DNA of 64,000 nucleotides from positions 21,558-85,557 of the forward strand of contig JAFRDM010000066.1 of the NCBI GenBank assembly GCA_017403885.1, given 5' to 3'. The notes beneath the pieces are model-generated. The model saw nothing but the letters and a program-made list of their open reading frames with translations. It made no database searches and had not been told where the DNA came from. Of the stretch, positions 8,629 to 16,910 are shown in pieces. The DNA comes from Oscillospiraceae bacterium. GTDB taxonomy: Bacteria; Bacillota; Clostridia; Oscillospirales; Oscillospiraceae. Both the position numbers and the translations under genes were made by a program. Each line of letters opens with the position of its first letter. Position 1 is the stretch's first letter.

Positions 8629-10278
8629 ATGATCCTTTATTTTTCTGCGACGGGCAACTGCGCTTTCGCGGCCAGACGGATCGCGGAAAAGATCGGCGAC
8701 GAGGCCGTCAGCCTTCTGCCGAAATTCCGCGGGAACGACCACAGCCCGCTGCATTCCGACAAGCCCTGGGTCGTGGTGGCGCCGGTGTATGTGGCCGAGA
8801 TGCCGCGTCTCGTGCGCGACTGGCTGCTGGCGACGCCGCTTACCGGCAGCCGCGACATCTTCTTCGTTTTCACCTGCGCCAGCGAGATGAGCTGCTCGGG
8901 TTATTTCGCCAGACAGCTGGCCGGGGAAAAGGGCCTCGTCTACCACGGAAGCGCCAGCGTGAAGATGCCGACGAACTATCCCATCTTCTTCACGGTCAAG
9001 GAGGACTACGAATGCCGCCGCCTGGTCGAGGAGGCGATCCCCGTCATCGACAAGGCCGCCGAGATCATCTCCCTGAACGGAGTGATCCCGGAGAAGCGGC
9101 CGAGCAAGGCGATCCTGGGCTGCACGATCCCCGTCAACGAGCTTTACTATAAATATTTCGTCAAGGCGGAGGGTTTTTACGCCACCGACGCGTGCATCGC
9201 CTGCGGCAAATGCACGACGGTCTGCCCGTATACGAACATCCGTCTCAATGACGGAAAGCCCGTGTGGGGCGATAAATGCACCCACTGCATGGCCTGTCTC
9301 TCGGCCTGCCCGAAGGAGGCCATCGAGTACCGCGGCAAGACCGAGGGCAAACGGCGCTATCACTTTCCCAGGCCGGAGAGAGGCACGCAGAACAAAGAGA
9401 ACTACGAAGAAACGAAAGGGAGCGGTAAAATGAAAGTCGTTTTGGCGGGCGCCTTCGGACACCTGGGCGTCGACATTCTGCGCGAGCTGGTCCGCCAGGG
9501 CCACGAGGTCGTGGCGACGGGCCGCACGATCCGCCGCCCGAAGGACTGCGAAGGCGGTTACGACGCCGTCGCGGCGGACATGCAGAACCCCGAGAGCCTG
9601 CGCGGCCTCTGCGACGGGGCGGATATCGTGATCTCCACCGTCGGTCTGACCAAGGCCAGCGCCGAGGTCAGCTGCTATGACGTGGACTATCAGGGCAACA
9701 TGAATCTGCTGGCCGAGGCCAAGCGCGCCGGCGTGAAACAGTTTGCCTACGTCTCGGTCCTCAAGGCTGACGGCAACCCCTCCGTCCCGATGCTGGACGC
9801 CAAGGCCAAATTTGAAGAGCAGCTCAAGACCAGCGGTCTCGGCTGGGTCATCTTCCGTCCGAGCGGGTATTTCTACGACATCGCCAAGGTCTTCATGCCG
9901 ATGATCGAAAAGGGCAAGGTCACGCTGCTGGGCGACAAGGACGTGCACTGCAACGTCGTCGACACGCCGGACTTCGCCGCCTTTATCGTCGAGCACATGA
10001 ACGATAAAGGCAAGCTCTACAACGTCGGCGGCAAAGAGACCTGGAGCTATGAAGAGCTGGCGCGCATGTTCTTCGCCGCCGCCGGCAAGGAGCCGAAGAT
10101 CAGCCGCGCGCCCGTGTGGCTTTTCGACGTGCTGGCCTGGGTCAACAAGAAAAAGAAAAACGGCAAGGAGGCCATCATCCGCTTCTCCAAGTGGACGCTG
10201 ACCGAGGAGATGGTCGGCGACACCGTCGTCGGCGAGGCCAGCTTTGCCGAGTATATCAAAAACTGCTACCGAAAGTGA
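8629..10278 (+). CDS. Fusion protein: flavodoxin-like domain + 2x[4Fe-4S] ferredoxin domain + NAD(P)-binding atypical SDR (NmrA-like) domain
   Basis: Single 549-aa ORF with no in-frame stop. Contains CIACGKCTTVCP and CTHCMACLSACP cluster motifs, then MKVVLAGAFGHLG (GxxGxxG Rossmann) from aa 268. An internal ATG at 9430 is preceded by aaagggag. Confidence 0.7.
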   Translation: MILYFSATGNCAFAARRIAEKIGDEAVSLLPKFRGNDHSPLHSDKPWVVVAPVYVAEMPRLVRDWLLATPLTGSRDIFFVFTCASEMSCSGYFARQLAGEKGLVYHGSASVKMPTNYPIFFTVKEDYECRRLVEEAIPVIDKAAEIISLNGVIPEKRPSKAILGCTIPVNELYYKYFVKAEGFYATDACIACGKCTTVCPYTNIRLNDGKPVWGDKCTHCMACLSACPKEAIEYRGKTEGKRRYHFPRPERGTQNKENYEETKGSGKMKVVLAGAFGHLGVDILRELVRQGHEVVATGRTIRRPKDCEGGYDAVAADMQNPESLRGLCDGADIVISTVGLTKASAEVSCYDVDYQGNMNLLAEAKRAGVKQFAYVSVLKADGNPSVPMLDAKAKFEEQLKTSGLGWVIFRPSGYFYDIAKVFMPMIEKGKVTLLGDKDVHCNVVDTPDFAAFIVEHMNDKGKLYNVGGKETWSYEELARMFFAAAGKEPKISRAPVWLFDVLAWVNKKKKNGKEAIIRFSKWTLTEEMVGDTVVGEASFAEYIKNCYRK

Positions 10279-10285
10279 GGGAAAC

Positions 10286-10927
10286 ATGAACGCGAGAGTT
10301 TTTACGGCCGCCGCCGCGCGCTTCCCGCTGCGGGAGAAAGACATCGGCGCGTTTTCCCGTCTCGGCGGACGCGGCATGACTTTTCGCGTAAAGGTCTATG
10401 AAGCCCCCGGCACGGGCAGCCTGTGCCTGATGGAAATGCGCGCCATGGCGGGCCTGATGCGCATGGAAACAGCCGTGTTCTCGCCCACCGGGATAGACGG
10501 GCCGCTGCTGAGCATGGACGCGATCGCGGCCATGGGGCAGGACACGCTGCTTCTGGAGCTGTACGACACCACGCTTGCCCACCCGGACTTCGCCGCGCTC
10601 GGCGAGATCAAGACGCGCTACGCCGACCTTCCCGATTACGACCCGGGCGAGCATTGGTACGACGCGATGCGTCTCGAGGGGTCGGCCTACAAGAAGGGGT
10701 GCGGGCTTTCCGGCGCGTACGACCCCTTCGTGCGGGATTACGCGCAGCGCTATTTCGAGCTGCTCGCGCACTGTCCGCGCTGCGGCGAGGAGGAGAAGAA
10801 AAAGCAAAACGCCGTCTTTGCCGACGGTCTGCTGCAGAACGGCGGCCCTGCGGTCAACCAGTTCCGCAAGATGCTGGGCGAGGAAAAAACGGCGGAATTC
10901 CTGCATAAGATCATGTTCTGCACCTGA
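10286..10927 (+). CDS. Hypothetical protein, tentatively ferredoxin-dependent bilin reductase (FDBR)-like
   Basis: GAGGGA RBS before the ATG at 10286. The C-terminal ...QNAVFADGLLQNGGPAVNQFRKMLGEEKTAEFLHKIMF resembles, from memory, the FDBR C-terminal ...ND....L...FGE.W.E.F....LF region. Central ...LLSMDAIA... has an Asp where PcyA has a catalytic Asp. The family call is weak. Confidence 0.5.
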   Translation: MNARVFTAAAARFPLREKDIGAFSRLGGRGMTFRVKVYEAPGTGSLCLMEMRAMAGLMRMETAVFSPTGIDGPLLSMDAIAAMGQDTLLLELYDTTLAHPDFAALGEIKTRYADLPDYDPGEHWYDAMRLEGSAYKKGCGLSGAYDPFVRDYAQRYFELLAHCPRCGEEEKKKQNAVFADGLLQNGGPAVNQFRKMLGEEKTAEFLHKIMFCT

Positions 10928-10940
10928 AAAGAGCAGGCAA

Positions 10941-10976
10941 ACAGCCCGGAGACGGCGGCCTCCGGGCTGTTTATAT
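10941..10976. terminator. Rho-independent terminator between convergent genes
   Basis: 11-bp stem acagcccggag/ctccgggctgt followed by tttatatat. Confidence 0.7.
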
Positions 10977-10983
10977 ATATCCG

Positions 10984-11922
10984 CTATACCCAGTCGCCGG
11001 CCGTCCGGCGGCAGAGCGAGATGAAGTCCATCACCGCGGGGGCGTGATAGCCCTTTTCGAGAAAGGCCACGGCCAGCGTGCCGTTCGTATCCTCCGCGGG
11101 CAGGGGCAGCAGGTCGATCCTCACGTTCTCCGCGGCGTGGAGGGTGTTGAGGAAAAGCTCGGGATAGACCGTGACGCCCATGCCCTGCTCGGCGAGGGCG
11201 AAGGCTGTTTCGATGTTCTCGGTCTCAAGCAGAGTTTCGGGCATAAAATCCTTTTTCTCAAGATAGGAATCGAACAGCGTGCGGATGCGGTTGCCGCTCT
11301 TGAGCAGGATGAAGGGACAGCCGCGCAGCGCGCGGATATCGAAGCCGCTCCAGCCGCCGCGGCGCTTTTCTTCGGCCTCCGCTCCGAAGACCTCGTCTGT
11401 GATCGTCCGCGGGCAGGCAAGGAAAAGCCGCTCCTGCAGCAGCGGATAGACCACCGCGCCGGACACGTCGATCGGAGCGTAGCCCAGCACCACGTCCACC
11501 TCCCCGGCGGCCAGCCACTCGTTGAGCTTCTGGTGGTTGCCCTCCATCAGGCTGATTTCCACCAGCGGATGCCCCGCGCGGAAGTCCGGCAGCAGACGCG
11601 GCAGGATCGCATGGCCGCAGGTATAGGAGATGCCCAGCCGCAGCCGTCCGCGGCGGCGGTCGGAGATCTCGCCCGTCTCGCGCAGGATCTCCTGCTCGAG
11701 AGAGCAGATGCGCTGGGCCAGCAGATACAGCCGCTCGCCCGCGTAGGTGAGCTTCAGCTCGCTGCCGCGCTCGAAGAGAGAAACGCCAAGCTCCTCCTCG
11801 AGCTTGGCGACATGCCCCGAGAGAGACTGCTGGGAGATATAGAGCTTCTGCGCCGCCCGGGTGATGTTTTTTTCTTCCGCCGCGCGCAGAAAGTACTGCA
11901 GATTGCGAAAATTCATGCTCAT
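10984..11922 (-). CDS. LysR-family transcriptional regulator
   Basis: N-terminal HTH ITRAAQKLYISQQSLSGHVAKLEEELG plus a LysR substrate-binding-like C-terminal region. Divergent from the oxidoreductase operon. Confidence 0.9.
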   Translation of the reverse strand: MSMNFRNLQYFLRAAEEKNITRAAQKLYISQQSLSGHVAKLEEELGVSLFERGSELKLTYAGERLYLLAQRICSLEQEILRETGEISDRRRGRLRLGISYTCGHAILPRLLPDFRAGHPLVEISLMEGNHQKLNEWLAAGEVDVVLGYAPIDVSGAVVYPLLQERLFLACPRTITDEVFGAEAEEKRRGGWSGFDIRALRGCPFILLKSGNRIRTLFDSYLEKKDFMPETLLETENIETAFALAEQGMGVTVYPELFLNTLHAAENVRIDLLPLPAEDTNGTLAVAFLEKGYHAPAVMDFISLCRRTAGDWV

Positions 11923-11944
11923 CGCTCCTTTTCCCCCATCATAT

Positions 11945-11962
11945 CACAGGTGTTTTCCTGTG
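11945..11962. promoter_or_regulatory. Inverted repeat, candidate LysR-type binding site in the divergent intergenic region
   Basis: CACAGG-N6-CCTGTG dyad 22 nt upstream of the LysR start codon. Confidence 0.3.
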
Positions 11963-12082
11963 GCAAGGGCAAGGGAAAAGGTGTTGGTCTTTTTCCGAAA
12001 AATGGTGTTTAATGAAACCGTATCCGAGCGTCGCGGCGGCCTTCTCGCAGAAGCGCGCCGCGGGAAAAAAGGAGGATCCGTC

Positions 12083-12283
12083 ATGTACGGACGAAAAAAA
12101 CTCGTCATCGAAGAAAAGTGGTGCAAGGGCTGCGGGATCTGCGCCGCCTTCTGCCCCAAAGAGGTTTTGGAGATCCGCGCCGAGAAGGTCGCCGTCAGGG
12201 ACGTAGAACAATGTATTTCCTGTGGACTGTGCGAACTGCGCTGTCCCGACTACGCGATCTATCTCGTGAACATGGAAGAGTAA
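12083..12283 (+). CDS. 2-oxoacid:ferredoxin oxidoreductase delta subunit (2x[4Fe-4S] ferredoxin)
   Basis: AAGGAGG RBS. Contains CKGCGICAAFCP and CISCGLCELRCP motifs. First gene of the operon. Confidence 0.85.
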   Translation: MYGRKKLVIEEKWCKGCGICAAFCPKEVLEIRAEKVAVRDVEQCISCGLCELRCPDYAIYLVNMEE

Positions 12284-12296
12284 GGAGGGGAAAGAG

Positions 12297-13448
12297 ATGT
12301 CGAAGACAGTCCTGATGCAGGGCAACGAGGCTGCGGTGGAAGGCGCGATCGCCGCCGGCATGCGCTTTTTCGCGGGCTATCCCATCACGCCCTCCACGGA
12401 GATCGCGGAGACCTGCGCGCTCCGCCTGCCGCAGGAGGGAGGCAAGTTCATCCAGATGGAGGACGAGATCTCCTCCATCGCCGCTGTACTCGGCGCCTCC
12501 GCCGCCGGCATGAAGGCTATGACGGCCACCTCCGGCCCGGGCTTTTCGCTGATGCAGGAGAACCTCGGCTACGGCGCGATGGCGGAGATCCCCTGCGTGA
12601 TCGTGGATGTGCAGCGCAGCGGCCCCTCGACCGGGCTGCCGACCAGCCCCTCGCAGGGCGACTACATGCAGGCCAGATGGGGCACGCACGGCGACCACCC
12701 GGTCATCGCGCTCTCGCCCGCTTCGGTCCTGGAGACATATACGCTGATGATCCGCGCCTTCAACCTGGCGGAAAAATACCGCACGCCCGTGATTTTTCTC
12801 ATGGACGAGATCGTGGGCCACATGCGCGAAGGAGTCGAGCTGCCTGATCCGGGCAAGCTGATCATCAACCAGCGGAAGATGAGCTTCCACGACGGCGCGA
12901 ACAAGCAGTGCTACTTTGTCCCGGAGGGAGAGTACGTGCCCGCGATGAAGCCCTTCGGCCAGGGCGAGCGCTACAACATCACGGGCCTGGCGCACGACGA
13001 GTCGGGCTTTCCGGTGAACTCCAGCGAGATCGCCGGCAGGCTGGTCAAGCGCCTTCTCGACAAGGTGGAAAAGAACACCGACCACATCTGCCGCGTCGAG
13101 GAGATCGAAATGGACGATGCCGAGACCGCGATCGTCTGCTTCGGCGGAACGACCCGCGCCGCCAGAGACGCGGTGAACGCGGCGAGAGCCGTGGGGAAAA
13201 AGGTCGGCATGTTCCGGCCCGTCACGGTCTGGCCCTTCCCGGAGAAGCAGCTCCGGGCGCGTCTTCCGCAGCTCAAGAGGATCCTGGTGGTCGAGCACAA
13301 CCACGGCCAGATGCTGCTGGAGGTGCAGCGCTGCGTCGGCGGCGCGCTGCCTGTCGGCTTCCTGGGCCGCATCGACGGCACCGTGATCTCCCCGCGCGAT
13401 ATTCTTGCCAGATTGGGCGAAATGGAGGGAATGCATCATGCCGAGTGA
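12297..13448 (+). CDS. 2-oxoacid (probably 2-oxoglutarate):ferredoxin oxidoreductase alpha subunit
   Basis: MSKTVLMQGNEAAVEGAIAAGMRFFAGYPITPSTEI... is the typical KorA/VorA N-terminus. Confidence 0.9.
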   Translation: MSKTVLMQGNEAAVEGAIAAGMRFFAGYPITPSTEIAETCALRLPQEGGKFIQMEDEISSIAAVLGASAAGMKAMTATSGPGFSLMQENLGYGAMAEIPCVIVDVQRSGPSTGLPTSPSQGDYMQARWGTHGDHPVIALSPASVLETYTLMIRAFNLAEKYRTPVIFLMDEIVGHMREGVELPDPGKLIINQRKMSFHDGANKQCYFVPEGEYVPAMKPFGQGERYNITGLAHDESGFPVNSSEIAGRLVKRLLDKVEKNTDHICRVEEIEMDDAETAIVCFGGTTRAARDAVNAARAVGKKVGMFRPVTVWPFPEKQLRARLPQLKRILVVEHNHGQMLLEVQRCVGGALPVGFLGRIDGTVISPRDILARLGEMEGMHHAE

Positions 13449-14283
13449 TCTTGTCCATCTGTATATGCGCATCGACCACCTTCCGCAGATCTGGTGTCCC
13501 GGCTGCGGCAATGGCGTGATCATGCGCGATGTGGCCGTCGCGATAGACGAGCTGATCCACGACGAGGAAAACAGCATCAACCGCGAGGACATCGTCATCG
13601 TCTCCGGCATCGGCTGCTCGTCCCGCGCGGCCGGCTATCTCGACTTCAACTCGATCCACACGACGCACGGCCGGGCGATCGCTTTCGCCTCGGGCATCAA
13701 AATGGCGAACCCGAAGCTGCACGTCATCGTCCTTACGGGCGACGGCGACTGCTCCGCCATCGGCGGCAACCATCTGATCCACGCGGCGCGCCGCAACCTC
13801 GGTCTGACCGTGGTCTGCTTCAATAACGACATCTACGGCATGACGGGCGGGCAGTACTCGCCTACCACGCCCCACGGCGACAGGGCCACGACCGCGCCCT
13901 ACGGCAACGTCGACCGCCCCTTTGACATTGCCAACCTCGCTTCCGGCGCGGGCGCGTCCTTCTCCGCCCGCGGCGACGTCTACCACGCGCGCGAGACCAT
14001 CGACATCATCAAACAGGCCATCCTGCACAAGGGCTTTTCGCTCGTGGACGTGTATTCGATCTGCCCGACCTACTACGGCCGCAAAAACAAAAAGGGCGAC
14101 GCCGTGGAGATGCTGAAATGGCAGAAGGAAAATCTGGTTCCGACCGCCCGCTACTACAGCATGAGCGAAGGCGAGCGCGCGAACAAAAAGCTCATCGGTA
14201 TCCTGTCCTTCAACGACTATCCCGAATATACCGAAGAATACGCCAGGATTATCGCGCTCTGCCGCAAGGCAAAGAAAAAGTGA
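13438..14283 (+). CDS. 2-oxoacid:ferredoxin oxidoreductase beta subunit (TPP-binding)
   Basis: WCPGCGNG and GDGD (LTGDGDCSAIGGNH) TPP motifs. Start overlaps the alpha-subunit stop. Confidence 0.9.
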   Translation: MPSDLVHLYMRIDHLPQIWCPGCGNGVIMRDVAVAIDELIHDEENSINREDIVIVSGIGCSSRAAGYLDFNSIHTTHGRAIAFASGIKMANPKLHVIVLTGDGDCSAIGGNHLIHAARRNLGLTVVCFNNDIYGMTGGQYSPTTPHGDRATTAPYGNVDRPFDIANLASGAGASFSARGDVYHARETIDIIKQAILHKGFSLVDVYSICPTYYGRKNKKGDAVEMLKWQKENLVPTARYYSMSEGERANKKLIGILSFNDYPEYTEEYARIIALCRKAKKK

Positions 14284-14292
14284 GGGGCGAAG

Positions 14293-14865
14293 ATGAAGAA
14301 CGAACGGTATGAAATGCGCTTTGCCGGTTCCGGCGGGCAGGGCGTGATCCTGGCGAGCGTCATCCTCGCCGAGGCCGCGGTCATCGCCGGGCTGCGCACC
14401 GTGCAGTCCCAGGCCTACGGGCCGGAGGCGCGCGGCGGCGTCAGCAAGGCGGAAACAATCCTCAGCCGCGAAGAGATCTGGTATTCCAAGGTCACGCGGC
14501 CCGATTTCCTGCTGGCGCTGACGCAGGCCTCTCTCGAGGCTTATACGAAGACCCTCGCGAAAGGCGCCGTCGTGATGATGGACGACTCGCTGGACAGGCC
14601 CGCAGGGCTGGACGGGACGCGCGTGATCGCGATCCCCATCCTCCACACCGCGAAAGAGGTCGTGGGCAAGTCCTTTACGGCGAACATCGTTGCCGTCGGC
14701 GCGATCAACGCCGCGCTGGGGCTCTTTGACGACGAAAGCCTCGTCGAGGCCGTGCGCCGCCATATCCCGGCCGGAACCGAGGAGATCAACAGGAAGGCCC
14801 TTGACGCAGGCGCCGCGCTGATCTCGGAAGAACAGGCCGCGGCTTTTGCGCAGAAACTCGGGTGA
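14293..14865 (+). CDS. 2-oxoacid:ferredoxin oxidoreductase gamma subunit
   Basis: RFAGSGGQGVILASVILAEAA... is typical of the gamma subunit. Confidence 0.9.
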   Translation: MKNERYEMRFAGSGGQGVILASVILAEAAVIAGLRTVQSQAYGPEARGGVSKAETILSREEIWYSKVTRPDFLLALTQASLEAYTKTLAKGAVVMMDDSLDRPAGLDGTRVIAIPILHTAKEVVGKSFTANIVAVGAINAALGLFDDESLVEAVRRHIPAGTEEINRKALDAGAALISEEQAAAFAQKLG

Positions 14866-14870
14866 GCGCC

Positions 14871-16409
14871 ATGGAGCTTACTGGAAGACTGCGCTGCAGG
14901 GCCCTGGAGGAAAAACTCATGGGGGCGGATGCGGCGGCGGCGCTGATCGGCGACGGGATGACCGTTGCCGTCAGCGGCTTCACGCCCGCGGGCTGCCCCA
15001 AGGCCGTGCCGCTCGCGCTCGCCGCACAGGTGCGGAGCGGACAGAGAAAACTGCGTCTGACGCTGCTTTCCGGCGCCTCCACGGGCGAGGAGCTGGACAA
15101 CGCCTGGGCAGAGCTGGGCATGATTGCGCGCCGTGCGCCCTATATGACGAGCAAAGCGCTGCGCGCCGCCGTCAACGGAGGCGCGGAGGAGGAGATCGCC
15201 TATACCGATCTCCATCTCGGCGAATTCGCGCAGAACGCGCGCTGCGGCTTTTACGGAAAGATCGATTTCGCGCTCGTCGAGGCCGCGGCGATCACGGAAG
15301 AAGGGAATATCGTCCCGACGACCGCGCTCGGCTGCTCGCAGAGCTGGATCGATCTGGCGGACCGCGTCATCGTCGAGCTGAATCTCCGCCAGCCCGCCGC
15401 GCTCGAGGGCTTTCACGACGTGTACCGCCCTGCCGATCCCCCGCGGCGCGAACCCATCCCGCTGACCGGGGTCGGAGAGCGCATCGGCACGCCGTATCTG
15501 TCCTGCCCCGCGGAAAAGATCGCCGCCGTGGTCGTGAGCGAGTGCGAGGAAAAGCCGCGGCCCTTCCCGCCGGCCGACGCGGTCTCCGAGGCCATCGCAC
15601 GCAACATCGTGCGATTCCTTCTCCGCGAAAAGGAGCAGGGACGCCTTTCGGCCGACCGTGTGCCGCTGCAGAGCGGCGTCGGCGCGGTGGCCAACGCCGT
15701 GCTGCTCGGGCTGAAGGATTCCCCGCTGGAGCATCTGAGCTTTTATTCCGAGGTCATGCAGGACGGCATCCTCGATCTGATCGACGCGGGCAAGGCAGAC
15801 TTTGCCTCGGCGACCTCGCTGTCGCTGTCAAAGGAGGGGCTCGCGCGGCTCTTCGCCGATATCGAGCGCTACCGCGGCAGGCTCGTGCTGCGCGACTCGG
15901 AGATATCCAACAGCGCGGAGGTGATCCGGCGGCTGGGCGTGATCGCGATGAACACCGCCGTCGAGGCAGACATCTACGGCAACGTCAACTCCTCGCAGAT
16001 GAACGGATCGACGGTGTATAACGGCATCGGCGGTTCGGGCGACTATGCAAGGAACGCGCTGATCTCGATCTTCATGACGCCCTCCGCCGCGAAGGGCGGA
16101 AGGATCTCCTGCATCGTGCCGATGGTTACGCATGTGGACCATACCGAGCACGACGTGGACGTGCTCGTGACCGAGCAGGGCTGGGCCGATCTGCGCGGCC
16201 TCAGCCCGAAGGAACGCGCGCGTCTGATCATCGAGCGCTGCGCGCATCCCGACTACCGCGAGGCGCTGCGCGCCTATTTTGAGGCGGCCTGCGCCGCCAC
16301 CCACGGCGCGCAGACGCCCCACATCCTGTCCGAGAGCTTCCGCTTTCACGAAAACCTGGCGCAGAGCGGGACGATGCGGGAGGAGAAGAAAGGAGACGCA
16401 AAATGCTGA
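14871..16409 (+). CDS. Acetyl-CoA hydrolase/transferase-family protein (succinyl-CoA:acetate CoA-transferase-like)
   Basis: ...IGDGMTVAVSGFTPAGCPKAVP... and overall Cat1/ASCT-like sequence. The ORF track starts at GTG 14862; the ATG at 14871 is preferred here. Confidence 0.85.
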   Translation: MELTGRLRCRALEEKLMGADAAAALIGDGMTVAVSGFTPAGCPKAVPLALAAQVRSGQRKLRLTLLSGASTGEELDNAWAELGMIARRAPYMTSKALRAAVNGGAEEEIAYTDLHLGEFAQNARCGFYGKIDFALVEAAAITEEGNIVPTTALGCSQSWIDLADRVIVELNLRQPAALEGFHDVYRPADPPRREPIPLTGVGERIGTPYLSCPAEKIAAVVVSECEEKPRPFPPADAVSEAIARNIVRFLLREKEQGRLSADRVPLQSGVGAVANAVLLGLKDSPLEHLSFYSEVMQDGILDLIDAGKADFASATSLSLSKEGLARLFADIERYRGRLVLRDSEISNSAEVIRRLGVIAMNTAVEADIYGNVNSSQMNGSTVYNGIGGSGDYARNALISIFMTPSAAKGGRISCIVPMVTHVDHTEHDVDVLVTEQGWADLRGLSPKERARLIIERCAHPDYREALRAYFEAACAATHGAQTPHILSESFRFHENLAQSGTMREEKKGDAKC

Positions 16410-16717
16410 CCATAGCGAGCTTTCTGGAGATGATCATGCTCATCTGCTTCGGCCTTTCCTGGCCGATCAACATCGCCAAGGCATGGAAAGCCCGCAGCAC
16501 GCGCGGTATCAGCGTGCTGTTCTACAGTTTTATCCTGCTGGGCTATCTCGTCGGGATCGCGGCCAAGCTGGTTCTGATCGCCTATCACGCCCCGACGCCC
16601 TGGTATGAGACGGTGCACTGGTATGTGCTGTTCTTCTACGTGCTCAACACGCTGATGGTGGCCGCCGGCGTTGCGATCTATTTCCGCAACCGCGCGCTGG
16701 AGAAAACGGCGGATTGA
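16403..16717 (+). CDS. Small 3-TM PQ-loop / SemiSWEET-like membrane protein
   Basis: 104 aa. WPINIAKAWKARSTRGIS resembles the PQ-loop signature (PQ.......KST.G.S). AAAGGAG RBS. Overlaps the CoA-transferase stop by 7 nt. Confidence 0.55.
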   Translation: MLTIASFLEMIMLICFGLSWPINIAKAWKARSTRGISVLFYSFILLGYLVGIAAKLVLIAYHAPTPWYETVHWYVLFFYVLNTLMVAAGVAIYFRNRALEKTAD

Positions 16718-16824
16718 GCCCCGCGGGGGGAACGCTTCGGGAAAGCGGTCGTCGGGCGCTTTTTTACGCGCCCGCCGCGCCGCGGCCGATCCTGCCGATC
16801 GGAGACAAGCGGACAAAGGTCAGA

Positions 16825-16866
16825 AAAGGGGCTATTTGTGTGTGGACAAACAGCCCCTTTTTATTT
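16825..16866 (+). terminator. Rho-independent terminator of the oxidoreductase/CoA-transferase operon
   Basis: 9-bp stem aaaggggct/agccccttt followed by a T-run; TATAAT (16866-16871) follows. Confidence 0.6.
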
Positions 16867-16910
16867 ATAATACAGGTATTCCCGAAAACGATCAAATCAA
16901 GGAGGGCTCT

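Noticed and set aside
8629-10278. Two-gene model (ferredoxin gene plus separate SDR gene)
   Set aside because: No in-frame stop exists between the domains in the given sequence, so the fusion is reported as seen. Internal initiation at 9430 remains possible (see findings).
8596-10377. 593-aa minus-strand ORF opposite the flavodoxin-ferredoxin-SDR gene
   Set aside because: This is an antisense artefact; the plus-strand frame carries canonical Fe-S and Rossmann motifs.
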